A stretch of DNA of 64,000 bases, from the NCBI GenBank assembly GCA_017504435.1, contig JAFVRD010000035.1:24606-88605 (forward strand), given 5' to 3'. Shown here piece after piece: positions 49,364-59,000 of this stretch. Numbering within the stretch: the first letter of the stretch is position 1; the number at the start of each line of letters is the position of its first letter. This DNA is from Lentisphaeria bacterium (lineage in GTDB: Bacteria > Verrucomicrobiota > Lentisphaeria > Victivallales > Victivallaceae). Under the pieces are notes generated by a model. It was not told where the DNA came from. It ran no database searches and was given only the letters and a program-made list of their open reading frames with translations. Both the position numbers and the translations under genes were made by a program.

Positions 49364-49597
49364 ATGAACAACAGTTACCTTGAACGGGCAAGAAAAGTTA
49401 TTACCGATCCGCAGATTCTCTCTGTAGTAGCCGCAAAACGAGCCAAACAACTGGCAACCGGCGCACGTCCGATGATCAAATGTGATTCAGAAAATCTGCT
49501 GGATATTGCGTTGTTGGAAATCGCAGAAGGATTGCTTTCCTACGAATTTCCGGATGAAAACGAAACTGCAGCGGCAGCAACTGCCGATGCAGAATAA
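49364..49597 (+). CDS. rpoZ: DNA-directed RNA polymerase subunit omega
   Basis: 77 aa. ...ILSVVAAKRAKQLATGARPMI...LLDIALLEIAEGLL is typical of RpoZ. Confidence 0.8.
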   Translation: MNNSYLERARKVITDPQILSVVAAKRAKQLATGARPMIKCDSENLLDIALLEIAEGLLSYEFPDENETAAAATADAE

Positions 49598-49616
49598 AAT
49601 ACGCCTGCATAAACAA

Positions 49617-49665
49617 GGCTGTTGCAAAACCTCCCAAAAGGTGAGCAACAGCCCTTTTGCTTTTA
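49617..49665. terminator. Hairpin between convergent rpoZ and the His-rich peptide gene
   Basis: GGCTGTTGC-19-nt loop-GCAACAGCC followed by CTTTTGCTTTTA on the plus strand. Confidence 0.55.
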
Positions 49666-49666
49666 T

Positions 49667-49945
49667 TCAGCGGTGATGCTTCGGTGCCGGACGGTGATGC
49701 TTCGGTGCCGGACGGTGATGCTTCGGTGCCGGACGGTGATGCTTCGGTGCCGGACGGTAGTCCCCCGGCTGCTGATAAATCGTAACTGCCGGTTCAGAAC
49801 GGACAACTTTCAGCACCAGATCAACTATTCCGGCTGCCAAATCCAGACCATCGCGCTTATGATGTCTGCCGTGCGGTCCGGCAAATACTGCAGTTCCAGC
49901 GAACATAACTGTTGCAATCAACATAATTTTACCTAATTTTTTCAT
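49667..49945 (-). CDS. Small secreted basic His-rich protein with four C-terminal HRPAPKH repeats
   Basis: AAGGGA SD 6 nt before the ATG. Signal peptide MKKLGKIMLIATVMFAGTAVFA/GP. The mature part ends in (RPAPKHH)x4. Confidence 0.6.
   Translation of the reverse strand: MKKLGKIMLIATVMFAGTAVFAGPHGRHHKRDGLDLAAGIVDLVLKVVRSEPAVTIYQQPGDYRPAPKHHRPAPKHHRPAPKHHRPAPKHHR
49671..49754. repeat. Perfect 21-bp tandem repeat x4 (CGGTGATGCTTCGGTGCCGGA), plus a partial 5th unit
   Basis: Read directly from the sequence: units at 49671, 49692, 49713 and 49734 are identical. In-frame (7 codons) in the minus-strand CDS. Confidence 0.95.
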
Positions 49946-50219
49946 TTTTATTCCCTTTCATTATTTAAATTGTTGTTTTATCAGCATCTCCCCCGATGCT
50001 TTCAACATTTTAACGTTCAAGAAAACCTAATTATTTTATCAAATAAAAAAATATCGACTTTTTTTGTAAACTTTTACAGTTTTGCCGGGTAGAATTCTGA
50101 TTTCAATATTTCCGGACTTGCTGAAGCAGCAGGATTTTCATCTGTATTTATCAGTTTTATATTGACTTTTCCGACGGTGGTGCTATTTTAATTGTTATGC
50201 GTAACAATATGTATAACAG

Positions 50220-51239
50220 GTGAAAAAATTGAATTCTGACCACAAAATACGCACTATTGTAATTGGATTCGGTTTTATGGGACAAACCCATACCGGCAAT
50301 CTTCTGCGCTCCAGACACGCCACTATTGCCGCTATCGTTGACCCCTGCCCTCCCGAAGAACGTCTTGCCAATGTCCACGGCAATCGGGACACCGTTTTTA
50401 TTACAGCAAGCGATATTGCCGGGATTCCCCATTTTGTCTCTCTTGATGAGGCGTTGCAAAATGTGACTGCTGATGCCGCTATCGTCGCTCTGCCGACCAA
50501 ACTTCACAGTCAGGCGGTTATAAAATGTCTCAACGCCGGATTACATGTTTTTGTGGAAAAACCCTTTGCTGTGGAAGCTGATGAATGTGATGCCATGCTC
50601 AATGCAGCAGCTATGTCCGGCAAAATTCTGGCGGTGGGCTATGTCGTCCGGGCAATGGGCGCATACGCAAAATTGCGTAATGAATGTATCTCTCACCGGC
50701 TCGGCAAACTGCATTATATGCGGTTGACCCGAATGACCGGCGTACCATTATGGGGCAACTGGAGCGATCCGGAATTTGTCCGTTCATCCGGGGGAGCGTT
50801 GTTCGATTTGACTTCACATGATGTGGATTTTGCCCGGTACTGTCTGGGAGATCCGGAACGGATCACGGTAAATAATGAACTGAAAAAAGTTTTCAACGGC
50901 AATATGATCTCGGCAGTAGCATCATTCAAAGAAAGCAAGGTCGAGTTTTCCGGTGGTTTTGTGCTGCCGCCTGCCCTCCCCTTTGAATGCGGCGTGCAGG
51001 CTTTTTTTGAAAATGCTGCGGTTTGCATTTCTGCGAATGGGAATTGTTACCGGGAAACCCGCCATGACGGAACATTCTGTGATACATTCTTTTCCGGAGA
51101 TGATCCTTATGCAGTTGAAATCGAAAACTTTTTGCAGGCAATCATCAATAATTCACCAACAGCATTGCTTTGTACGGCAGAAGATGCCGCCCGCACTGCC
51201 GCATGCTGCCGTGAAATCATGCTTCAAATACAAAAATAA
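50220..51239 (+). CDS. Gfo/Idh/MocA-family oxidoreductase
   Basis: N-terminal Rossmann motif IRTIVIGFGFMGQTH, and VFVEKPFA. GTG start with a weak RBS. Confidence 0.85.
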   Translation: MKKLNSDHKIRTIVIGFGFMGQTHTGNLLRSRHATIAAIVDPCPPEERLANVHGNRDTVFITASDIAGIPHFVSLDEALQNVTADAAIVALPTKLHSQAVIKCLNAGLHVFVEKPFAVEADECDAMLNAAAMSGKILAVGYVVRAMGAYAKLRNECISHRLGKLHYMRLTRMTGVPLWGNWSDPEFVRSSGGALFDLTSHDVDFARYCLGDPERITVNNELKKVFNGNMISAVASFKESKVEFSGGFVLPPALPFECGVQAFFENAAVCISANGNCYRETRHDGTFCDTFFSGDDPYAVEIENFLQAIINNSPTALLCTAEDAARTAACCREIMLQIQK

Positions 51240-51271
51240 AATGTTTTTATAAAATTTTTACCGGAGGAATT

Positions 51272-52300
51272 TTGATTATTATGAAATATTTTTACATCCT
51301 GATCGTTACATTGGTTTGTTTTGCGGTGCTTCATGCTCAAACGCAGCTGATTCCCGGAAAAGTACAGAAAATTTCTATTGTCAGTAAACTTGACAACTCG
51401 TCCCAACCGGTAAAAATCATGCCCGCATCCGGAGATGCTCCGCGCCCGCTGCTGGTGGTACTGCATACCTGGAGTCAATCGGTCAACTCCGGAACCGGCA
51501 GCTATGTAAAATTATGCAAGCAGAAAAACTGGCACATGGTTTTTCCGCACTTCCGTGGCCCGAATTGGACTCCGGAAGCCTGCGGATCTGATCTGGTGAT
51601 TTCCGATATTGAAGATGCTGTATCTTACATGTGCAAAAATTTCAATGTCGATCCGAAACGGATTTATTTGTTGGGCGGTTCCGGCGGCGGACACTGTTCT
51701 CTGCTTATGGCAGGACGGCGGCCGGATCTTTTCACTGCAGTAAGTTCCTGGTGCCCGATCAGTGATATCGCCCGCTGGCACGCAGAAAAACGCCTTCACA
51801 ACCGCCACAGCAGATATGCTGACCACATTGAAAAATCCTGCGGCGGAGATCCAGCCGTCTCTCCGGCAGCAAAATATCAGGCTCAATTGCGTTCACCATT
51901 GAGCTGGCTTGCCAATGCCGCCGGAAAAACCATTATTGATATCAGTACCGGGATCCACGACGGTCATACCGGGAGTGTCCCGGTCGGTCATGCGATCAGA
52001 GCCTACAATATGCTCGCCGATGTCAATGACCGGATATCCGACAAAGATATCCAATTCATTGAAAAAAACCGTCGGGTGCCTGATCACCTCGCGGTAAAAA
52101 CAAGTGATCCGGCATACGGTAAACATACTGTTTATCTGCGTAAAATATCCAACCGTGTGCGGCTGACACTTTTTGAAGGCGGACACAATATTTTCCCGGA
52201 TATCGGTGGAGAATTTTTGGAACGGCAATGCGCCGGACATGCTCCGGACTTTTCCAACGGCAAAGCGTTGAACAATAAAATGGTAGAATTAACCAAATAA
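51272..52300 (+). CDS. Secreted alpha/beta hydrolase (S9 peptidase/esterase-like)
   Basis: Signal peptide (YILIVTLVCFAVLHAQ) and nucleophile elbow LLGGSGGGH. Start is ambiguous (TTG 51272 or ATG 51281). Confidence 0.75.
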   Translation: MIIMKYFYILIVTLVCFAVLHAQTQLIPGKVQKISIVSKLDNSSQPVKIMPASGDAPRPLLVVLHTWSQSVNSGTGSYVKLCKQKNWHMVFPHFRGPNWTPEACGSDLVISDIEDAVSYMCKNFNVDPKRIYLLGGSGGGHCSLLMAGRRPDLFTAVSSWCPISDIARWHAEKRLHNRHSRYADHIEKSCGGDPAVSPAAKYQAQLRSPLSWLANAAGKTIIDISTGIHDGHTGSVPVGHAIRAYNMLADVNDRISDKDIQFIEKNRRVPDHLAVKTSDPAYGKHTVYLRKISNRVRLTLFEGGHNIFPDIGGEFLERQCAGHAPDFSNGKALNNKMVELTK

Positions 52301-52312
52301 AAGGAATTTTCC

Positions 52313-54478
52313 ATGAATATTTCTGAACTTCCCTGCGGCAGTGCCCCTGCCCCGGCGGCTTACCCATATTTTCCCACCCGCTGGCAACATGTTCTGTACC
52401 GGAACTGGTCGCTGGTTCCGCCGGAAGTGCTTGCCGATATCCTGAACTGCGACGTGACGGCCGTAATCACAGCGGCTCAGGAGTTGGGGTTGCCGGGAAA
52501 TACCGCCACTGTTCCGCAATGGCGCACATCCGGTTATCTGACCCTTATCCGCAACAACTGGCAGCTGCTTGATTATGAACAATTACTTAAACTGCTTGAT
52601 TTCACTCCGGAAAGACTTGCTTATACGCTGAAAGAAGAAGATTTCTGTTTTTATAAACTTGGACAGCTCAAGCCTGCATGCCCGAAGGTACGCTATACGC
52701 CATTGACTCCGGAACAGCAAAAACGCACGGAGCAAATCAGAGAATTGATGCTAAAACATTTTCCCGGCGAATTACAGGAATATGTTGAACCGCCGTTTGC
52801 CTTTACCGGCAAATATCATTCGCTGGAACCGGCAGGAAATAATCAGGATACATTTGAATTCAATTTTATCCATTCCTATGCCGCCAGCTGCGGAGATGTT
52901 CTCGGCGAAGCCGAGCTGTGTGATCCTGTTCCGGAAAATCTGCTCGCTCAATATGCTTCTATGGGTATCAAGGGGGTGTGGCTTCATGCTCTGCTGTATC
53001 TGCTCTGCCCGATCCCGGGCGCAGAAGAATTTTCTGCCGGTCACGATCTACGGTTGAAAAATTTACAGCTCATCGCCCAAAGATGCGCAAAATACGGTAT
53101 AAAAATCTATCTTTACCTCAATGAACCGCGCAGTATGCCGCCGGCTTTCTATGAAAAATTCCCTCACTGGGGCGGCAGAAGCGTACGCGGCACCCGGACA
53201 TTATGCACTGCGGCAGCCCCGGAAATACTGGAGTATCTTGAACATGCCATGCGCTTTTTATTTACTCAAGTACCTGAACTCGGCGGTGCATTGACCATTA
53301 CCATGTCGGAAAATCCCACTCACTGCCATTTCGATTATCACGGCAGCGAATGTCCGATGTGCCGGAATATACCGCAGGAAAAAATCATTGCCGATATCAA
53401 TCGTGCCATGGAACGCGGCATGCATGCCGCCGCGCCGGATGCCCGCATGCTCTGTTTTGACTGGGCATGGCGGCGCAGTGAAAATGATTCCGAGGTGATA
53501 AGTTTCAAGAAAAAAGTCATTGATCTGCTCCCCAAAAACAAAAATGTTTATGTCGTCAGTGTCAGCGAATGGGGATTGATAACCAGGGTCGGAGGCGTGG
53601 AACAATATCTGGTCGACTACTCCATCAGTCAGCCCGGTCCGGCTGAGGAGGCAAAGGCGGTTTGGCAGTATGCCAAAGCTGTCGGACTTGGTACGGTGGC
53701 AAAAATACAAATCAATAATTCATGGGAACTCTCTGCCATTCCGAATATTCCGGTACCGTATCTGGTCAAAAAACATCTGGATAATCTGCGCGCGTCGGGA
53801 GTTGACGGAGTGATGCTGAGCTGGACGCTGGGCGGATATCCGGGCGGCAATCTGGAAATGCTCAATGCGTCTCCGGAAGAGATCGCCGCGGTCAGATTCG
53901 CTCCGGAAATCGCCGGTAAAGTGGTGCAGGCATGGAAAATTTTCAGTGATGCATTCAGCGAATTTCCATTCAATGTCAATGTGATCTACACCGCACCGGT
54001 AAATTACGGTCCGATGAATATACTGCATGCCAAGTCTACCGGATATCAGGCTACGATGGTCGGATTTCCCTACGATGACTTGAATTCATGGCGCGCAGTC
54101 TATCCCGAAGATATATTCATCAGCCAGTTTCAGAAACTTTCAGAAAAATGGGCAGAAGGTATTGCCGTATTGGAAAGCGTTTCCGGGAATACCAATGCCG
54201 GATTTGCCGAATTGCTCCGGATATCCACCGCAGCATATTGCCATTTCCGCAGTACGTTTTTGCAATCGTTTTTTGTTCGCGCCAGAAATGCCGGAGACCG
54301 GGAAACTATGCGTAAGTGTGCAACCGAAGAGCAAACTCTTGCCATCAAACTTTACCACATTGCCAGAGTTGATTCGCGTATCGGTTTTGAGGCAAGCAAT
54401 CACTATTACTACACGCTCAACGATTTGCGCGAAAAGGTCATAAATTGTGATTATATCCTCAATGAGGAGTTGTCATGA
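52313..54478 (+). CDS. Hypothetical 721-aa protein, possibly TIM-barrel glycosidase-like
   Basis: Long ORF with no signal peptide. GIKGVWLHALLY / YGIKIYLYLNEPRSMPPAFYEKFPHW is reminiscent of clan GH-A barrels. Function not established. Confidence 0.45.
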   Translation: MNISELPCGSAPAPAAYPYFPTRWQHVLYRNWSLVPPEVLADILNCDVTAVITAAQELGLPGNTATVPQWRTSGYLTLIRNNWQLLDYEQLLKLLDFTPERLAYTLKEEDFCFYKLGQLKPACPKVRYTPLTPEQQKRTEQIRELMLKHFPGELQEYVEPPFAFTGKYHSLEPAGNNQDTFEFNFIHSYAASCGDVLGEAELCDPVPENLLAQYASMGIKGVWLHALLYLLCPIPGAEEFSAGHDLRLKNLQLIAQRCAKYGIKIYLYLNEPRSMPPAFYEKFPHWGGRSVRGTRTLCTAAAPEILEYLEHAMRFLFTQVPELGGALTITMSENPTHCHFDYHGSECPMCRNIPQEKIIADINRAMERGMHAAAPDARMLCFDWAWRRSENDSEVISFKKKVIDLLPKNKNVYVVSVSEWGLITRVGGVEQYLVDYSISQPGPAEEAKAVWQYAKAVGLGTVAKIQINNSWELSAIPNIPVPYLVKKHLDNLRASGVDGVMLSWTLGGYPGGNLEMLNASPEEIAAVRFAPEIAGKVVQAWKIFSDAFSEFPFNVNVIYTAPVNYGPMNILHAKSTGYQATMVGFPYDDLNSWRAVYPEDIFISQFQKLSEKWAEGIAVLESVSGNTNAGFAELLRISTAAYCHFRSTFLQSFFVRARNAGDRETMRKCATEEQTLAIKLYHIARVDSRIGFEASNHYYYTLNDLREKVINCDYILNEELS

Positions 54479-55140
54479 AAAAACGTGCTTTGAAAATATA
54501 TTTTGCCGGAGACCTTTTTGACGCCAAAGACATCGGTGGCAATCTGATGCTTTCCCGGGCGATTGAGTCGGTTTCCGACCGCCGTTACCAGATCATGCTG
54601 CCGCAGGACGGTGAATGTGAAGTGAGCGACCGCACCTCGCAAAGCATCCGGGATGCAGATTTTGAATTGCTCTGCTCCTGCGATATTATCGTTGCCAACT
54701 TTGACGGTCATGATCTGGATTCCGGAACCGTTGCCGAATTCTGTTTTGCAAAAATGCTTGATATGCCGGCTGTTCTGTTGCGTACCGATTTCCGGAACAG
54801 CGGTGATAATACCCTTCCGGACGGTGAGCCGTGGAATTTGATGTGTTCCCACTATCCCCGCACAGAAGTTCTGCATATCAACGGCATGATTCGCTATCAC
54901 GAGTGCCGGAAATCCTGTCCGGAAAACATGCCGCAAGCCTATTACACGTCAATAGCCCAAGATGTAACTGCGGCATTGGATAAAGTTTGCGCCATCAAAT
55001 CATGGTTAAAAAACGATCAGCTGCCCAGCCATTATCAAAACGTATTCCGGAGTATCGGCGGCACGCTTGCCGACCGGTTCCCGGCTGACCGGTTGGCTGC
55101 TCTGCTGGGCGAAAAAAATGCCTCAGGTCTTTATGATTGA
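54475..55140 (+). CDS. Nucleoside 2-deoxyribosyltransferase-like protein with C-terminal extension
   Basis: ATGA start/stop overlap with the 721-aa ORF. KIYFAGDLF...CDIIVANFDGHDLDSGTVAEFCFAKMLDMPAVLL matches the NDT fold pattern. Confidence 0.75.
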   Translation: MKKRALKIYFAGDLFDAKDIGGNLMLSRAIESVSDRRYQIMLPQDGECEVSDRTSQSIRDADFELLCSCDIIVANFDGHDLDSGTVAEFCFAKMLDMPAVLLRTDFRNSGDNTLPDGEPWNLMCSHYPRTEVLHINGMIRYHECRKSCPENMPQAYYTSIAQDVTAALDKVCAIKSWLKNDQLPSHYQNVFRSIGGTLADRFPADRLAALLGEKNASGLYD

Positions 55141-55254
55141 TCATCGGTTGGCAAGTTTGTTGAAAAAGTGCAAACCGGCAACTTCTGCAAGCACTTCTTT
55201 TTCAAATCGCAACGTAATTTTTCAAGAGCTTTTTGAGAACTTTTGAAATTACCT

Positions 55255-56028
55255 CTAATGTAAATTAAAATTCCGGTCATAAACCTGAGTTATATACTGT
55301 TCTTTGTCACCGGAAGCCTGCCGGACAAACAGAGTAACTTTGGGATTATTTTTTATCTCAGCATATCCCAAAGATCTGACCTCTCCGGTCACATAAAGTA
55401 AATTGGCAACATTTCTGTGGCGAAGCATGATTTTAGCAACACCAAGCATATTAAAGTGGTACAAGTGATTGGCATCAGATGGAACCATGTAAGAATCTGC
55501 CGCCAACACCCAATCCGATGTCACACTGGGACTTGTCCGGCTTGATGCCGGATGCTTGGAATACTTGAAAAGCGGAAATATACCCCGTTCATTGACCTGG
55601 CTTTCTTTGTTATTGTATGCCAGAGCGTAGGCATAAAATCCGGGATAAGTTGTCTCCGGGCATCCTTTGGTATCCAACGACGGACAAATAAATACTCCGG
55701 GAACTTTCTGCGCTCTCATCCAAGCGTAATCTTTACCATCATGCATATCATAAGAAGCTCCGCCAAGATAAGGAGACATCACCGTATAACCGCTGCACCA
55801 CCATGCTGATGTATACACCCCTCCGCTTTGATGCTTCCAGTAACCATCATTATCACCGGCATACGATTGCGCTGCCACTCCCATCTGATGCTGATTACTG
55901 ACACAATTACTGCCTTTGCCGCGTTCACGCGCCTGCTGCAATGCCGGTAAAAGCATTGCAGCAAGGATCGCGATAATCGCGATAACGACAAGCAATTCTA
56001 TCAAAGTAAATGGGTTACTGCGTTTCAT
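55255..56028 (-). CDS. Prepilin-type N-terminal cleavage/methylation-domain protein (DUF1559 / H-X9-DG-like pseudopilin)
   Basis: N-terminus [25 protein letters not shown]-terminus [12 protein letters not shown], i.e. H-X9-TG in place of H-X9-DG. Confidence 0.9.
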   Translation of the reverse strand: MKRSNPFTLIELLVVIAIIAILAAMLLPALQQARERGKGSNCVSNQHQMGVAAQSYAGDNDGYWKHQSGGVYTSAWWCSGYTVMSPYLGGASYDMHDGKDYAWMRAQKVPGVFICPSLDTKGCPETTYPGFYAYALAYNNKESQVNERGIFPLFKYSKHPASSRTSPSVTSDWVLAADSYMVPSDANHLYHFNMLGVAKIMLRHRNVANLLYVTGEVRSLGYAEIKNNPKVTLFVRQASGDKEQYITQVYDRNFNLH

Positions 56029-56041
56029 AATTTTTATCTCC

Positions 56042-59000
56042 TCAGCGGATTATTTCAAATAAAGCTGTACCATTGGCACGCAAATCAAACCGGATCACGT
56101 TACTGTTTTCAGCAACGATTTTTCCGGAATGAAGGTCTTTCACCTGTGCGACCTTTTCCGGCAGACATACTGTTTTTTTACCGCCGACTCCGGAATGCAA
56201 AGAGAGGAAATTACCATCCGTACTGACAAAATCATGGTCGTTGTCCACATAGGTATGAACTCCCGCCGCACGGTAAATATTGCGGATCATCCGGGAGGGT
56301 ATCGCCGGCAGTGCCGCATAAATGCTGGTCGCACCTCTGACTTTTTTCACACCGAGTACCGGCTCACCGCTGGTAAAGTTGGCAAGGATCTTCGCTTGCG
56401 GATCATCCAGCGTGAAGTACGGCAGTGCCGGAACCACATTGTAACGGTATCTGCCGGAAACCGTGGAACCTTTCATACCGGAGGTGTAGGGAGCGACCTC
56501 TTTGTTGACCATTGCCAGCGGCAGCATTTTGCCAGGAACTTTGAAAGGTTTGACTTTGAATCCGGTCAACTCCTCAACCGCAGCTGCACTCAAATTATTG
56601 TATTTATCCAGATAACCGTCGCCCCAACGCCACAGCAGGGTCTTGTCTTTGCTGTGCAATCTGTTATGTACCGCTTCAAGCAGTTTGCCGCTGATCTGAT
56701 GGGTGCCGCCGAAAACAAAGACCTTGTACTGATCCACCGGAAACTCATCTTTCAGGATATCCTGCAGATAGAAAATGTCAAACTGCGTACCGGAGGTGGA
56801 CAATTCAGCCGCCAGGAATCCGCCGGTGGCACCGAGGAAAAAGTGCATATCACGTTCCGTAAAGTCACCGGTATGTTCAATGGCAGCTGTGTCGATCAGC
56901 AGACAGACTTCCGGTTTCCAGCGGATGGGCATTTCCAACTGCCGGCGGGACATATTCTGCAGCAGAGCGACTTCATCCATGATACCTGCGTTGTTCAACC
57001 AGCCGGGCCAGAATGTGTAAATACGGAATCCGGCACCGTGACGGAGCGTGGTCATCATCTCTTTTGCCCAGTGAGACTGGCTGGCAAACAAAGTGTCCGG
57101 TCCCCAAGTGGTCGCGTACGCACCGATGCAGAAACTGCGCAGATCCATTTCCGGACTCCAGATCTTGTTGCCCAGATGGGCACTGCCCGGGGCACCGTAC
57201 TGGGCGGAGGACAGACCGTTGCGGCGCAGATTGTAGTTGCCCGGATTACCGAACATATCCACGCTTTTTGAATTGTACTGGTAATAACCGGTGGAAACGC
57301 AAATACCGTGATAACCGTAGTGCATCGCACCGGAAATACCGGCACTGTCACTGGGATAAAGCCAAGTCAGACAGCGGCCGCCGGTGGCATCTTTGATCGT
57401 CTTGGTCATGGCATTGGTCAAATCCAGCTGTGCCCAGCCGAATGCCGCCACATAATCAGCCACAGCGCGGTTGACAAAGAAATTTGCCCCGGCACGTTCC
57501 GCATCACTGGGAATCTGCGCAGTTTCAAAGGTCACTTCCTTATTCTGCCACGCTGCCCGCAGTGCTTCGACCGTAACATATCTCTTTTTCAGGAAATCCC
57601 GGAAGTAACGGAGCATCGCAGCACTGTAATCCCCGCGTCCCAACTGTCCGGCATAACCGCCGTACGGGATGTAGGGATACAACTGATTGTCCATTTCTCC
57701 GGAAATACCATAACCGATGATCTTCTCTGAAATCGGGGATTTTTCAAAATATTCCACTGTGGCACGAATCAAATCGGTATACATTTTGGTTTTCAGCTTT
57801 GACGCGTGGGAAATACTGACCCGGGCACGATCCGGAACTTCCGACATATCCCGATAGGGATGACCGACTTTGCCCAGCCGTTTCGGACCGTCGAGCCACA
57901 ATTTGTATCCTTTGCCGGTGAGCATCAGATCGCCCTGCAGAGCCGGATCTTTGGCGAAATTTTTGGGCATACCGTTGCAGATAAGCGGCACGATATAGGC
58001 ATCCGGATCATGGCGGAGCTGCGCCGCAGCATCGATCAGAACCTGCTCGGTGATGGAGAAATCATAGTTGCCGGAACCGTCATCGATCAAATCAGCATTG
58101 TGAATAAACGGCTGGGTCGCTCTCATATTGATATAGATCTGGTGAACTTTTATTCCCACCCAGTCATTCATCTGCCGGACTTCCGGACAATAGGGTCTGC
58201 CGGTACAATACATACCGGACGGATGCGGTTTGCCATTGATAAACAGCGTGGACTTGCCATTGCTCTGCTTGACCACGGCAACCGGGCGTTTGAAAGGTTT
58301 CTCTTTGGCTCCGATGGTAACGTCTCCAAGTTTCAGATAAATTCCGTCTTTGAAACGGATACGGTACAGCTCCAGAAAACACTCATATTTACCGGGAGGC
58401 ATGAACATCGGAGCAAAAGCGATATTCAAATTTTTCCGGTCAAGTTTGATTTCCTGCGGAGCAAGTTCCAAACGGAATCTCCGGTTGCCCTGAGTAAAGA
58501 TCACTCTGCCGATGGTAACTTCTTCAGGGATATCCCCTTGCAAAGCGATATTCATCACTCCGTCGGCAGGAAATTTATCGGAATAACTTTTTTTGCTGAC
58601 ATTCAGCAATTCGCGCGGACCGATATAAAGATCTTCCCGGCGGTTGTTGACGATTGCCGCCGTTCCGCCATTGCCGAAATCACGCGCCGAACCGTCCCGG
58701 ATACCGGCAAATGCCCAAGCTGAATCGTCAAAATCATTTTCGCTCCATTTCCCGGAGGGAACTCCGGAAAAAACTTTGCTTTTGTCATCGGATACAATAA
58801 AGTATTCTTTGCCGTTCACATCACGGACAAAGAGTTCAAACATGGCTTTTTTACCACCGGATGAACAACTGACCAACAACGCCAGCGTATTTTTTCCGGA
58901 CTTCAATACCGGAGTAACATCAGCTACTCCGGGCGCAAATTGCCCACCGTTTCCGAAACCGCTGCCATTCACAAAAAGTTTGGCCCCGTTATGTCCGAGA

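Noticed and set aside
49671-49754. Possible CRISPR-like array
   Set aside because: The repeats are contiguous with no spacers, only 21 bp long, in frame within a CDS, and no cas genes are nearby.
49622-49936. Plus-strand ORF with MLRCRTV repeats
   Set aside because: It is the mirror reading of the 21-bp tandem repeat. The minus-strand ORF has an SD, a signal peptide and a convergent terminator, so that strand is taken as coding.
56129-57271. 380-aa and 305-aa (57806-58723) plus-strand ORFs inside the giant minus-strand gene
   Set aside because: They are antisense to a CDS with strong domain structure and a signal peptide. There is no RBS, and the translations are low-information and Arg/Gly/His-rich.
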